From assembly GCA_964016885.1 (NCBI GenBank), contig OZ024740.1, positions 424,824,001-424,888,000 of the forward strand: 64,000 nucleotides of DNA, in the 5' to 3' direction. A program made the translations under genes and the position numbers. Shown piece by piece: positions 1-13,793 of this stretch; the first letter of the stretch is position 1; each line of letters opens with the position of its first letter. The DNA comes from Eledone cirrhosa. Its lineage: Eukaryota. The notes below the pieces were generated by a model. It ran no database searches and was not told the DNA's origin. It worked only from the letters and a program-made list of their open reading frames with translations.

Positions 1-392
1 AGCTGACCATTCTCGCTGTTCTTCAGTGGAAGTGGGATGGATTTCAGCATAATTGTTGGTGAGCTGTTCACTGTTAGATTTAGCTGGCCATTCTCTTTGT
101 CTGTCAGTGGAGGTGGGGTGGTTGTCTACAAGGGCTGTATTTGTAGTATCACTCAATTCCGTTAGATGTATCAATTTACATCTAATGATACGTTTTGCCT
201 GTTCATTTAGATGCTTTGGAGAAAAGTCTAATTCTGGGTGTTTGGAGTTCCATAAAGTTTTTAGCCTTTGCATAAAACCGAACTTTAGTGTTCAGATTGT
301 TTGTATGCTTCATATAATTCTTTGTTAAGCTCGTAGCTCCACTATCCACTGTAGTTGCGATTTGGTCGAAGGAGACTTGTACGTTTTGCCAT
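1..392 (-). pseudogene. Degenerate N-terminus of an R4/Dong-clade non-LTR retrotransposon ORF (continues beyond window start)
   Basis: Manual minus-strand translation from ATG at 392: MAKRTSLLRPNRNYSG*WSYELNKELYEAYKQSEH*, then after a frameshift GFMQRLKTLWNSKHPELDFSPKHLNEQAKRIIRCKLI. This resembles the W..E.N..L...Y / ..L...W...HP....L..Q...I N-terminal pattern of R4/Dong ORFs. Confidence 0.6.
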
Positions 393-813
393 GATGAGTT
401 CGTCTATTCACTAATATTTCGTATTTATTTTTCAAAATAGTCGATGATCTTCTTTAAAAGTTTCGACAAAGTTCTGTCAGAATCAAATTTAAAGTTATTC
501 ACAGCTAGGGTAATATTTCTTTTCAGTTAGTTTTTAATTCTACAACTGTGTTTTAAACGTTGTTCTTGAATCGTTTGAATCGAGAACAAGAAAAAAATAA
601 CCGTTACTTAGTATATTTCTTTATGAATGTAATATAATATAACAAAGCTGTATTTATATGTTAAAGTTTATGTATCATTCATATAAATAGGTGTTCTACA
701 ACTTATTCACAACATATTCACAGTTCAAACACTTATGTTTTTGTTTCTGAATCGAAAACGTTACTTGTATATTTCTTTATAAATGTAATATAAAACGTTG
801 CATTTATATGTTA

Positions 814-938
814 AAGTGTATGTATCGTTCATATATCATAAGTGTATGTATCGTTCATATATCATAAGTGTATGTATCGTTCATATATCATAAGTGTATG
901 TATCGTTCATATATCATAAGTGTATGTATCGTTCATAT
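814..938 (+). repeat. 26-bp tandem repeat (aagtgtatgtatcgttcatatatcat), about 5 copies
   Basis: Seen directly in the sequence. Confidence 0.9.
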
Positions 939-1208
939 AAATAGGTGTTTTATAACACTCTTACAGTTCAAACACTTATGTAGAATTATTGTATGTAATC
1001 TTACCGCGTAATGTAGCTCAACTTTTTCCAATATATGGTATGTTTTCTTCATGTAAGCCGTAATTACACACGTCCGATTATCGGACACTGACCACAACGG
1101 TCGCCATTGTATGTATGTGTGTATGTATGGATGTGTGTATGTGTGTATATATGTATGTATATGTATGAATGTATGTATGTATATATGTATGTGTGTATGT
1201 ATGTATAT

Positions 1209-1594
1209 CTCTTTCTCTTAATTTCGAGTATATTTTTTTGACCGGCCACCTTCCTGGTGGCAAGGTTGTAAAAGAAAGGAAATTGTCATTCCTTGAATCG
1301 CAAGAATGTTTTGCATATTTTGAAGGTGCCAGCTATCGCAGCCATTTGCAGACTATGAATTAGGGAGCTGCGCTCTTTGTCCGCAAATCCAAGTTCAGTC
1401 ATACTTTGGTCCAAGCGGGCTGGTATATAACCCGTAGCTCCAATAATGATGGGTATGAAGCTAAAGGTGTATCTTGGATACTGGATTTGTAAACTCCTCA
1501 TCAATGGTCCGTAGATGTCCTTCTTCTCCTGTATTTTTCTGACAACGTTTACATCAAGTGGGCAGCTGATCTCCACAACAGAACACGTTTTCAA
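1209..1594 (-). mobile_element. 5'-truncated R4/Dong LINE (RLE endonuclease C-terminus + 3' UTR) in a TATG/TACA microsatellite, with a 50-bp direct repeat
   Basis: ORF 1286-1594 reads CSVVEISCPLDVNV..K..EK..IY..L...IPIIIGATGYIP...GTFKICKTF. The 3' UTR has the hairpin gccacc-aggaa-ggtggc. Identical 50-mers at 1118-1167 and 1595-1644. Confidence 0.85.
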
Positions 1595-1762
1595 TGTGTA
1601 TGTATGGATGTGTGTATGTGTGTATATATGTATGTATATGTATGTATATACGAATGTATGTATGTATATGTATATATTTCTATATTTCTATGTATGTATG
1701 TAAGTATGTAAGTATATATAAATATGTGTCTATGTTCTATGTACGCACGTGCATATTTTTCT

Positions 1763-1821
<59 letters not shown>

Positions 1822-1899
1822 ATATATACATATAATATATGAAATGGATATGTGTGTTTCTGTGCGTGCTTGTGTATGTGTGTGCATGTTTCTATATGT

Positions 1900-2371
1900 G
1901 TATGTATGTCTGTATATATTTGTATGTCTGGGCATATATTTGTATGTCTGTGTATATATTTGTACGTCTGTGTATATATTTGTATGTATGTGTATATATT
2001 TGTATGTCTGTGTATATATTTGTATGTCTGTGTATATATTTGTACGTCTGTGTATATATTTGTATGTATGTGTATATATTTGTATGTCTGTGTATATATT
2101 TGTATGTCTGTGTATATATTTGTATGTCTGTGTATATATTTGTATGTCTGTGTATGTGTGTGTATGTCTTTGTATATATTTGTATGTCTGTGTATATATT
2201 TGTATGTCTGTGCATATATTTGTATGTCTGTGTATATATTTGTACGTCTGTGTATATATTTGTATTTATGTGTATATATTTGTATGTCTGTGTATATATT
2301 TGTATGTCTGTGTATATATTTGTATGTCTGTGTATATATTTGTATGTCTGTGTATATGTGTATATGTCTGT
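1900..2371 (+). repeat. 20-bp minisatellite (tgtatgtctgtgtatatatt), about 23 copies
   Basis: Seen directly in the sequence. Confidence 0.95.
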
Positions 2372-2523
2372 GTACTCGATACTTAGGCTTAAGGTAGTAG
2401 AGTGGGTAATAGGAAAAGAGTCAGGACCCGACGGCTGAGCTCCGGCCGTTTCGGCAGCTAGATCCGAACTGTAACTGTCGAAACGGCCGGAGCTCAGCCA
2501 TCGGGTCCTGACTCTTTTCCTAT
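2372..2523. mobile_element. Hairpin element family A (Penelope-like 3' end with half hammerhead)
   Basis: Inverted arms 2409-2460 and 2472-2523. The motif GAAAcggc..gagctca-gccaTC matches the HHR 3' half of the other copies at 14022, 52754, 55461 and 61122. Confidence 0.7.
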
Positions 2524-2548
2524 GTATATATATATATATATATATATC

Positions 2549-2903
2549 TTAGGCGGGTAAAATTCCCGAGATCCATGGATGAGTTCTCTCCAGCGGTCTC
2601 TGTCCCTCATTATCGCTGCCATGTCCTGCGTCTCCAACAGACCAGTGTCTGTCCTTAGGGCATCAACATACGTTAACCTTGGTCTTCCTCTTCTAGTGTA
2701 TCCATGAAGCAGCTCCCAAAAGAGCACTGAGTGCAATGTCAACTCTGGATGTCGGTGATGTCCAGCTAACCTCAGTCTCCTCTGTGTCACTTTTGAGCTG
2801 ACTTTTGGGATGCACCCGTACAGATGGTGGATGGGTGCTACACGAGAATGCTGAGGATGGCTCTGAACATTAATCAGTATACACTGAGATGAAAAACTCA
2901 GAG

Positions 2904-2909
<6 letters not shown>
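2549..2909 (-). mobile_element. RTE-clade LINE 3' fragment with inverted 5' segment, in (TA)n
   Basis: Minus 2549-2821 encodes [32 protein letters not shown]...MRDRDRWR. Plus 2822-2909 encodes the directly preceding [25 protein letters not shown]. Confidence 0.8.
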
Positions 2910-3332
<423 letters not shown>

Positions 3333-3410
3333 CATGAAAACCACACAGCTTAAGCTGCTCGGACTCCCATGTGCTTGTTTTTTCCTATCTTTGCGTTGCT
3401 ATACTTCTAT

Positions 3411-3602
3411 GTTTGTTTACTTGTCTCGCTCGCTTTACGCGATTTACTTGTCCCAATAGCTTTATTTAGCTATTGCTCGCACCAACTGGAGGTATATGAT
3501 TTTTAAAGCGATGAAATACCAATGAAGGTTGGAAAATCACTGATGAAGGACTATTTTTATCATATGTAACCCATGTGCAACCGGGCAGTATTCATTCTTC
3601 TC

Positions 3603-3606
<4 letters not shown>
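3411..3606 (+). mobile_element. Diverged copy of non-coding family F (see 51120-51924)
   Basis: Shares ttgctcgcaccaac.ggaggtatatg..tttaaagcgatgaaat...atcactgatgaaggac...catatgtaacccat with 51120-51308. Confidence 0.7.
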
Positions 3607-3687
<81 letters not shown>

Positions 3688-3691
<4 letters not shown>

Positions 3692-4246
3692 TAAAACAGA
3701 AAACAAAAACAAAGTGAAGAGTGCAGTACACAGTGTTAATTTTAGGTTCACGCTTGAGAGTGGGGGCTGGGGGAGGCGTTTCGGGCATAAGCCCTTCATG
3801 AGAAGAAAAGTGGGCAGGAAAAGAGTTCCGAAGGTGTGAGGGGGAGTGGTGGAAAGACATTAAAAGGGGGGAGGGGAGGAACAAATTAATGAGAGTGAAA
3901 AAAATTTAAATGAAACAAGTGGTGAAAAGGTGTGAGGGTGGGGTGGGTGGATGGTGGGGGAGACAGGGGGTCCGAGCGGGGAGGGCGGAAGGTGGTGTGT
4001 GTCTATGTGTGTAGGTGTACGTGTGTGTGTGTGTGTGTGTGGATTGTGTGTGTGTGTGTGTGTGTGTATGTGTGTGTGTATAGCATATACCATCATCGTC
4101 ATCACTAGCCGTCCCCAGACGAACTATACCGTCTCTTACTCTCTGCCTCCAACTGTCTTTGTCCCCAGCAAGAGTTTAATTTTAAAATAACAGTTTATAC
4201 GAGTATCTTCTTTGAGCATTTTCTTATTGGACTTTTGATCATTTTT

Positions 4247-4293
<47 letters not shown>

Positions 4294-4376
4294 CCCCCCC
4301 CCCACTCTCAAGCGTGAAACTAATACTAATATCATTTGTACTGCCTCTCTGTTTTTTGTTCGTTGTTCATTTATTA

Positions 4377-4380
<4 letters not shown>
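3688..4380. mobile_element. Penelope-like 3' terminal remnants in inverted orientation, with a degenerate hammerhead
   Basis: 3740-3775 is inverted relative to 4293-4350 (ccccactctcaagcgtgaa). Minus 3776-3802 reads CTCATGA-agggc-ttat-gccc-GAAAC (CTGATGA with one substitution). Confidence 0.55.
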
Positions 4381-4418
<38 letters not shown>

Positions 4419-4550
4419 ACTAGAAATCAATTCCTAGTTGATATAAAATGCTCGGGTCTATTCATTGGAATCTTTTAGCATATTCTACAGTGGATATGGC
4501 GCATGTCTTTCCGACATGACACCCTTAATTTAATTTTGGATATATATATA

Positions 4551-5112
4551 TCTGTATATATATATATAAAGATGAAGTTTTCTGTGTGTGTGTGTGTGGA
4601 CAATTTTTAATGAGGGCTCATATATTCTAAACCATTCATGCAATTTGAACAAAACCTATACATGATCTACAAAGGCTTTCAAAAATCGATATTGGGGCCT
4701 TTGGAGACATTAAAAAAGTTTCGGTTATTTGTGTCAATTTTCGTGATTAAGTAAGACAAGAGTTATCTTTCGTCAATACAATAGAAACTCATTTTTGATG
4801 TTGTCAAAAATTTTGTTTTGTGATTTTGATTATTACAATTCGGCTCATTCGGATTTTACTTTACTCTTTGTACTTGAAACAAAAGGTTTTACTGTTGTCA
4901 AAAAAATGTATACCTAGACTGGATTTCTGTTGTTACATGGGATAACGGATGACACCGAGCTCATTTATGAATTATTTCGCTGGAATAGTGCTTACGTTTT
5001 CATGTCTATATAAAGTACGTTTTTCTTCTATGTATTCAAATTTACTTTGTTTAGTTTAATGAGCTACATCGGAAGCTACTTGAACCGTCAAAAGAACGGG
5101 TACTTTAGCTAG
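4551..5112 (+). mobile_element. Non-autonomous Helitron
   Basis: Starts 5'-TC(tgtatatatatatataaagatgaag), ends with hairpin ccgt-caaaaga-acgg followed by CTAG-3'. Inserted between A and T with no TSD. Confidence 0.7.
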
Positions 5113-5820
5113 TATATATATATAACAATATTCACTTTATATCTCATTGCAATGATCAATATGTTACCACCTGATATTCATGCTGTTAATGTCCACTATA
5201 GCTTAGATAGAAGACTATTTAATTCTGTTTCTACTCTCAACAGGTTCTATGAAGTACAATAGCCAGACGACAATACAACACCAACAGAGATTTAAGTTTA
5301 TCTTCAAAATATGGCAGACATAGACACACAAGCATATCAACGATTTGGAATGTTAGTGCTGCAAAGGCATAAATATATATGCATGTGTGTGTATGTGTGT
5401 TTTTATATATATGTATACACTCACACGCATATGCTCACACACACACACGCACGCACGCATATATATATATATATCTACTTCATAATGATGCTGTATTGAT
5501 TGGCAGTATCGGTAGAGCGTTGGACACCATGCTTCGCGGCATAGTGCATATCTATCTAACTATCTATCTATCTATTTGATAGGTCCAATCTAGCTGTCGT
5601 CTGTTCTACAGCGTAGATGTAATTCACTTCGCGCAGAAGTTTTGTTCAAATTTATTGCGGAAATTTTGTAAGTTCAATTTTAATTTTGATACTATTGTGT
5701 AGCTTGACCCCCCGTCTCAACTGTCAGGCGGTGGGTCAGCTCATCTTTACCCCTCCTAGGGGTGAAAAACCTGTTTTTAAAAATTTTGTGGCATAAAAAA
5801 ATTTCAATCGTCTGACAGAA

Positions 5821-7734
5821 ATGTTAAACGAAGCTAACGAAAATAGTGGTGGGGGGACAGCGGTAAGAGTTGTAAGCTCACACGCTTTAGTCCCCCCTTC
5901 CTTCCCAACTAACGTCATAGAGAAGGAAGGAAAAAATAAAATAAAAACAGACGAATCTGCGGAGAAAAATGACGAAAACACAAATCTGGACATGGATTCC
6001 AACAACGAAAAAAAAATAATTTGAAAAATTGCATGACAATATTAATACCACAAACAAAGACACAACAAACACAAAAATAACATTTGAAAACAACATCATA
6101 ACAGAAAGCAAAGCAGACGACAAAGTCAACACCAATAAGATTTCATTTGCACAAACAACAAAGAAATCTTTGACATATATACCTGAAAATATTTCAGATG
6201 TGGCACAAAGAATTGCAGACGTCAAACAATATATAACTGAAGGAGAGAATGGTATTTTATCGGTAAAAATGCCCCAAGAACTCACCAAAGACATTGAAAG
6301 TCGAACGGTCGTTTTCCGCACCATCAACAACACTTCTAAAAAACCTGAACAGCCAACTCAAACAGAAATCAAAACAGTACTCACAGAAGTACTTAATGAA
6401 ACCACTTTCATAAGAAAAGACAGACTGTATGGAAGCCTAGCGATTATTATGAAGAACGAATCGGCGTCAAAAAAATGTGTTTTGTCACCGATTCGTTCAA
6501 AAAATTTTACCTTTTATCCATCTTATATGGGTAAAAGAACTCAACGCATATGGCTGGATGCAATGATGCCAGATGTGGACTACTGCTGGCTCATAGCTGG
6601 CTTCATCGATCCAGCGAATGACAACGTGATTTCCATTGGGAAAACCACAGGCAATGCGTTCAGTGGAACAGGTATAGAGCTTGTAGTGCAAATGAAGCCT
6701 GAACGCATCGCCCAAATACCCGACAGAATCCTATTAGAGGGCCACGGGTATATAAACATTAGCGTGGAGGGGAGAAGACCGTCCTGTCATATCTGTGCAG
6801 GCAGAGGGCACCTGAAGGCGGCTTGTCCCCAACTCAACAAAAAGAAAACCCTGCTACCAACACCAACTCCACCACCACCACCACCACAACAGATAAGCAA
6901 ACAACAAAACTCAGTCCCACCCAACCCGTCCCTCAGTAAAACTACACCACCACCACAACACAAACAGTCACAACACATTATCCCAAAACAAAATACAGGC
7001 CCACCCAACCCCTCACTCAATAAAACAACACAACCACCGCAGCCACAACACACAACAGTCTAACATAGTGACATCCATCTCCCCCACAAAGAAAACCAAC
7101 ACGGAAACATTACCAGCAAACATAACTCTTTCCTCCAACACTGAAGATAACCCAACGAATTCGGAGGAAGAAACGGAGTCCTTCAGACAGATTAAAAGGA
7201 AAAAAAGAAAACATGTACAAAACACACAAGGCCAAACAACCCCCACCCAAATGTCAACACAATCCAAAAAAACACAAAACACCCCTCCAGCAACAAACAA
7301 AACCAAACCTGCCCCTCCCCTCTTCGAAACACTCACACCATCCGAAAAAAAAGACATTACACTATACTTACATCAACAGAAACAATAATAAATTAAATGA
7401 ACTCATAAACAATAATCCTTCGGTACAAACCGAAGGTGTAAACTTTGTTTCTTCAGAAAACTACCCACATTTAAAATTAATAAAGATCCCAATGAACCTC
7501 TACCAAAAACTAAAAAAGGATTTTAAGGAGGACGTAGGACCACCCTCTGTCAAACCCATAAACCGCGTCCTACTAAAAAGCTTTCCCCCTACCCTTCCCC
7601 TCCCCAACACAACTCCAAACACCCCAACCCCACCACACACTGACGACCCCACACCACCACAAGACACCCCTTCACCCAACACCCCCGACCCCATGGAAGT
7701 CGTGCGACCCGAACCCCGGGAAGCAGAAAGGTAG
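5821..7734 (+). pseudogene. Tx1 ORF1 (gag-like nucleic-acid-binding protein), frameshifted
   Basis: Split into ORFs 5821-6024, 6029-7063, 7068-7388 and 7213-7734. Contains VEGRRPSCHICAGRGHLKAACP (CX2CX4HX4C) and a Pro/Thr-rich tail. Homologous to 34174-36011. Confidence 0.85.
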
Positions 7735-7767
7735 GTCTCTACACTCTCCTTTGGCTCTGCCGCCCAC

Positions 7768-10700
7768 ATGGATGTGTTAAGAGTAGGATGTTTGAATGCA
7801 CGTGGCCTGGGCTCAACTTGGAAGCAAGCAAAGCTTCTAAATGACCTCAGATCATGTGGTATAAATGTAATGGTTATCTGTGAGACTCGGATCAGCGTCG
7901 TGCGGCAGCTGGCCCCTACCTTCGATGACTTTGAGGTGCATGCATCTCTCTGTCAACCTGGAGGTGGGGGTGGGGTTGTCGTACTGCTGCAAAAATACCT
8001 GGGTCTTGCCGTACAGGTTGTTCACTCGGACCCGGAGGGTCGTTTGTTGGTGCTAGACGTTGGCAGTAGTGAAGGTGCGGCCTTGAGACTGGTCGCCGTC
8101 TACTCCCCTTTCGGAGCTGAACGGCCCGACTTCTTCCAGCGTTTGGAGACTTTTCTGGGAACGTCGCGTTCCCTGCTTCTAGCGGGGGATTGGAATGACA
8201 TCCTAGATGCACGTTGGGACTATGCATGTCCTAATAGAGGGGGGTGTAACAGCCTCAAGGGGTTACTCGACCGTTTTAACTTGGTCGATAGATATCGACT
8301 AGATTTTCCAACTGTGCCTACCTGGACTTGGAGAAACCACAGTGGTCAATCTAGATCGTACTTCGATAGATTCTTAGTTAGAAGTAAGGATAGGGACATA
8401 TTAAGCTGTCCAGAAATGCGCACGGTTGGCTATACGGATCACAAATTAGTGACCTGCGTAGTCAATCTCGAGAAAACACATAAACAGGGTCCCGGTTACT
8501 GGAAACTTAATTTGTCTTTACCGGCAAAAGAGACTTACAGAAACCGGATTAGCAGATTAGTTAAGGAGAGGTTGACGGGTGCAATCGTCAACAACCGATG
8601 GTGGGCATCTCTCAAAGGAGAGATTAGAACAGAATCAATAAGTTATAGCAAGATGTTAGCTGCCGATAGGAATAGAAACGAGAAAGAATTAACAGGTAAA
8701 TTAGAAGAGGCAATCAAGAGCGAAGATGTGGCCAGAGTGCTGGCATCGAGGACGGCCTTGAACCAGTTTTTCGATGCAAAGCACGAAGGCTGCGTCATTC
8801 GAAGTAAAATACGTGCTCTAGGTAATGAGGGGGCCAAAGCCGTTGGCTGGGCCCGCGTGACAGAAGCTAAGAGTGGAAATCGATCCACCATCCGGTCGTT
8901 GCAAGACGAGGATGGACGGGTGATCCGGGAGCCTAAGCAGATGTGCGAGGCCTTTCAAAGGCACTTTGCCCGATTATTCGGGGGAGGCGAGGGTCCGGGC
9001 GGGGACGTGGATTTCGGTCCATACCTCGACGGCCTGCCGCGTCTCTCGAGCGAAGAGGCAGAGTCCTGCGAGGGACCAATCTCGGCTGATGAGATCGGAG
9101 ATGCGCTGAGCCAATGCAGCAGACGCAAATCTCCAGGTCTCAATGGTATACCTCACGAACTTTATTTAGCAATGCCGGTCTTCTTCTCCGAACTCCTCGA
9201 AGCGGTCTACTGCAATTGGTAGCAGAACGGGAGAATTCCTTGTTCTGTAGCCAAGGGCGTAGTCTCGCTGGTGAGGAAGGACGAGAACAAGGGGGATAGT
9301 ATAAATAATTTTCGGCCCATAACCCTGCTAAACACAGAGTTAAAGATTTTGGCCAAGGTGTTAGCAAAGAGGTTGGCGCTTGTCGTGGGTAGCCTGGTGG
9401 GAGATGCGCAGACATGTGCTATCCCATCCAGGTCCATTCACGATAACCTCCACCTCATGCGATACATCATAGAGAGGGTTGGCAACAAATCCGGCTTCGG
9501 TGGGGCCCTGATCAACTTGGATCAGTCTAAGGCCTTCGATAGGGTCGACCATGGTTACCTGAATGCGGTGCTAGCAGCGGCTGGGTTCGGTCCTGTTTTC
9601 AGAGGCTGGATCACTGCCTTACATAGCAACCACATCTGTTCTAGGATCAAGGTGAACGGCTACCTTTCGAAGCCGTTCGAAATCACACGATCCATTCGAC
9701 AGGGGTGCCCTCTCTCCTCCCTTCTGTACGTATTGACTCTCGAGCCTTTACTGAGGAAGTTAGAGTTGGTGCAGGGTATCCCCCTGGAACCAGGATTGAG
9801 CAAAGCGGTGTCGGCCTACGCCGATGACGTAACAGTAATGGTATCGACCGACTCGGAAATCGAGGCGATCGGTACCTTACTGGAGGATTACGAAAGGTTG
9901 TCAGGAGCGAAACTGAACCGGGAAAAATGCATCGGGCTGCAACTCGGAACGTGGAGAGGCAGACCGATGCCTCCCGACGGTGTCGTCGGACACTGGACGG
10001 AGGGCCCGGTAAAGTTGATTGGGGTCTGGTTTGGACCGGACCTCCAGGTGGAAAAGAACTGGGACGAGGTTACGAACAAGGTGTTTGCACTAACCCAGAA
10101 ATGGGCCAAGTGTAAGCTGTCCCTAAAAGGCCGGGCGGAGGTGGCGAACATTTACATAGCGTCCGTCACTTACTACCGCCTGACTGTCGTGCCTTGCCCT
10201 AAGGAAACACTCACCACCATGGAACGCATGCTCTTCCAATTTCTTTGGAAGAAGCGCCCTCCTATGGTGAGAAGATCCATCTGCTGCCAACAACCTTCGA
10301 AAGGAGGGCTGGGGATGCCGTGGTTGATGATGCGTAGGCACGCATTAAGGCTACGGCACCTACAGGTATTCCTCACTGGTCAACCGGTGTGGGCTCCGTT
10401 CGTGAAACGAGCCTTTCCGAGACTCGTCTCGCTCACCGAACTGCAGTCCTGGGTCAAGCAAAGATCCGGAAAACTGGGAGACTGGCGCACTGAGTGTGCT
10501 CAGGCGCTCAGGGCTCTCTGGCAAGCGGGCCAGGCCATCGGTGGAGAATCCACCTCATCATTCTATAGAGGGCTGGTGGCTAGCAGGGGCGATGACACCC
10601 TTGGAGAGTCGCTAGACATGGAAGAGGACGAACTGGCCAACCTGTTCGGTAGGACTTTCGGCCCGGGACCAATGGACAATTTCCAGAAGTCACTAGCCTG

Positions 10701-11199
10701 GCAGTGCTACCGGGGGGCTCTACCCGTTCGAGAGAGGCTCTACAGACACGGGCGCCCGGGCAGGGATCCCTCGAAAAAGATTTGCCCTAGATGCGTGCGT
10801 CACGAAGAAACCGTGGCGCACGCATTGGTGCAATGTCCGGGCGTGGCTGATCTGTGGGGCTACGCCGAACGACTGCTGTCGCGGGTGGCGCCAATTCAAT
10901 TGACCGCCGAGTCCGTGACGACAATCAACCCGCCTCCCCTCTTCACAAAGGAAGCAAAGGCGGTTTTTCTGTGCGTAATAGCCATGCTGAAAGAGGTTGT
11001 TTGGTGGACACGATTGAAAGGTCTGAGGTCAGGCAACTTCCTCTCTGGCCATAGTCTGGTCTACTTCTTCCGATATCACTTCGGAAGAAGGATAAGAATG
11101 GAGAGAGAGGTGCTTGGCCACAGGCAGTTTTATGAAAGGTGGGTGATAGTGGCGAGAATGGCTCGTGTAAATGGGCCTTCTCTGTATACCATCCTGTAG
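7768..11199 (+). pseudogene. Tx1 ORF2: AP endonuclease + reverse transcriptase + C-terminal Cys motif; one in-frame TAG at 9220-9222
   Basis: APE motifs LNARGL, ICETR, AGDWN, FDRF, TDH. RT motifs FRPITLLN, LDQSKAFDRV, IRQGCPLS, AYADDV. C-terminal CPRC..EETVAHALVQC. Copy 2 has CAA (Q) at the stop position. Confidence 0.92.
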
Positions 11200-11436
11200 G
11201 TAAAGAAGTGAAGGAGAGGGGCGCACCTTCTCCATGTGCTCCCCGGGCAAAGGATTGCACACTTTTTCGGGGGTGTGTTCAACCCCCATCACGTCCCCTC
11301 CCTTTTGAGGTTATTTTCGATTATTTTCATTTTATACCCTTTTTACTCGATTGTATGTAAACTCCCCCTTTGTATTTCTCCCTTCTTTTTATGCCTTTAT
11401 GGTAAATAAAGAAATATATCTATCTATTTGATAGGT

Positions 11437-13775
11437 TTCGGCCAGTATTGGCCCAGGCCATGTCTAACTCAATAGCACCTCCTGGCGAAGACTTTCAAAT
11501 AAGGATTTGGACACCATGGGCCACTGAAGTATAGAGTTATTGTTTACGGAGACATATCCGGGTGTAGTATGTTTATCCGGAATTTCTTGAAGGAATTTGT
11601 CTAAAGACTTTTTGAACCTTATGGGGTCTGTTTCTGTTTTAATGTGTTTTGGTGTACTGTTAAAGAGAGTGGGACCAATTGAGGTGAAATAATTGTGCCG
11701 TATTGTTGTTATGAGATGCGTGTGAGATTTTTGTTGTGGGCGGATAGCACGGGGCCCAAGCCTTGGATGTACTTTAAAGGTGATACCAACATCATTTGGT
11801 AAATGCTGATGGAATATTTTCCACATCATGCAAATGATGTAGCTCTCACGGTGACGTTGGAGAGAATAAAGTTTGAGCTTTTCTTGTCGGCCCCAATAGT
11901 CAAGGCCTGTCATACCATCTATCCTTTTTGTAATTGACCTTTGGGGGGCTTCAACTTTCATGATACTTTGTTTCGTGTGGGCAGATCACAGTGGACAACA
12001 GTATTCAAGGTGGGGTGTGGCAAAAGTAGAGGAGAGAAGGATATCTCTCGACTGGAAAGTTCTGAGTATCCAGTAACACATTCTGCGGGCCATGTCAACT
12101 TTGCTGTTTATATGAATGGCCCAGCTTATATTGTTGTCCACAAATACTCCCATGTCTCTGATGTTGTTGAATGCCATGGGAGTTTCACATGAAGGAAGGG
12201 AATATGGAAGTTTCAGGGCATCCTCTTTTCCAAAGTGGATTAACTGAAATCTCGTTCAGCAGCATGTTGTTCTTTTCTGCCCATTGGATAACAGCCAGTA
12301 GGTCTGACTGAAGGTAAGTCCGGTCACCCACTTCATTGATGACCTTCTGGAGCTTGGAATCATCTGCGAAGATTCTTATGTTGCTGTATTTGATGATGTC
12401 AGTAATGTCATTAATATAGATGATGAAAAGAAGTGGGTCCAACACAGTGCCTCGCGGAACGCCACCACTGACTTTGGCTGGGCTGGATTTTACTCTTTCG
12501 ACTACAACATGTTGGGCTCTATTTTACAGGAAACACTTGATCCATTGCAGTAACTTTCCAGTGACACCAATGTTGGATAGTTCTCTTAGTAGAATTTTGT
12601 GATCAACCCTGTCAAAGGCCTTGCTGAAATCAAGGTAGATGACAGCAGGAGCTGTGTTAGGCAGTCCCTTCCATTTCGGAACCCATGCTGGTTGGAGTTC
12701 AGCAGATTGTTGCTTTCAAGAAAGTGGGTTATTCGTGATCTCAAAACCCTCTCAAATACCTTGATGATATGAGAGATGAGTGAGATCGGACGGTAGTTCA
12801 CTGCAAGGGACTTGTTTTGAAAACTGGGACAAAATATTTTCAGGAATATAGCCAGCATCCAGTGAGCTCCTCCACAGATTAACAAAAGGAGATGCAAGTT
12901 GGTGTCGACACATTTTCAGGACATAAGCAGGAAAGCTTTCGGGGCCTACTGCTGAATTGTGTTTAATTTCGTTAATTGCCACTAATATATCAGGAGCGCC
13001 AAGCATTATGTCCAATATAGTGTTTGGGGATTAACATCCCTGATACAGTCCAGATCAGCCATATCAGGATTGCTGAAAACAGAGCAGTATTGTTTCTTCA
13101 GTATCTCACCCATGGTTTTAGCATTATCTAAGAGAGTGCCATTTTCATCAATTAGAGGGCCAACATTGGAGACAGTGACCTTGTGTTTTTTCGCAAATGG
13201 AAAGAAAACTTTGGGGTTGAGTTTGATTTTCTCAATGGTCCACTTCTCTTCAGCTATTGTTTGGTTATTGATGATTGTCTTCATGCTTTGTTGGAGGTTA
13301 TATTTTTTTTATTCAAGTAGGGCGATAGCCGTCGAATGTGTGTGTTGCTGTTGGCAGTATTTTAGATGTTAATTTATTTTGTTTGTTCTTTTTATTTTTC
13401 TGATAATAGTTTTTCTGTTTTGGGAGATTTAGCACTTAATTTTGTTCACAGGTGTTGGTGGGGTGTGTTTTAAACACATGTTTGTGACAGTGTCTACAAA
13501 GATCTGCCAAGATGTTTTGATATTGCTGGAGATGTGTGCGCATGTAAACGACCAGTCAAGATGTGATAGCTCGTTCATGATTGCATCCCAGTTGGCATTA
13601 TAGAGATCATGTTATCAAATGGGTGGGCTGGAAAGGGGTCCCTAGGATTAGCTTTTGGCTGGTGGAATCTCAGGTTACAAAGAACCATGTCATGGTCTGA
13701 AAGAAGGGTTTTTCCCACTGTAATATTATGTAGTGTTAGTAAGGTTAATAAACATTAGGTCTAAAATGTTCTTAT
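11437..13775 (-). mobile_element. Degenerate 5'-truncated CR1-clade LINE
   Basis: Fragmented ORFs: NYRPISLISHIIKVFER, NQHGFRNGRDCLTQL, PLLFIIYINDI, IFADDSKL, HLEYCCPL, QRSITKRI...LKLYSLQR, FKKSLDKFL. An APE tail (SDHD) lies near 13700. Confidence 0.85.
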
Positions 13776-13793
13776 GATATATATATATGTATT

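Larger units (their letters stand above)
5585..11416 (+). mobile_element. Full-length Tx1 (L1-group) non-LTR retrotransposon, copy 1
   Basis: ORF1 with CCHC knuckle plus APE-RT ORF2. Perfect 20-bp TSD tatctatctatttgataggt at 5565-5584 and 11417-11436. Ends at AATAAA-GAAA with no poly(A). Confidence 0.93.

Noticed and set aside
9220-9222. Programmed readthrough at the TAG in Tx1 ORF2
   Set aside because: Copy 2 has a Gln codon at this position, so it is best explained as an ordinary C-to-T nonsense mutation.
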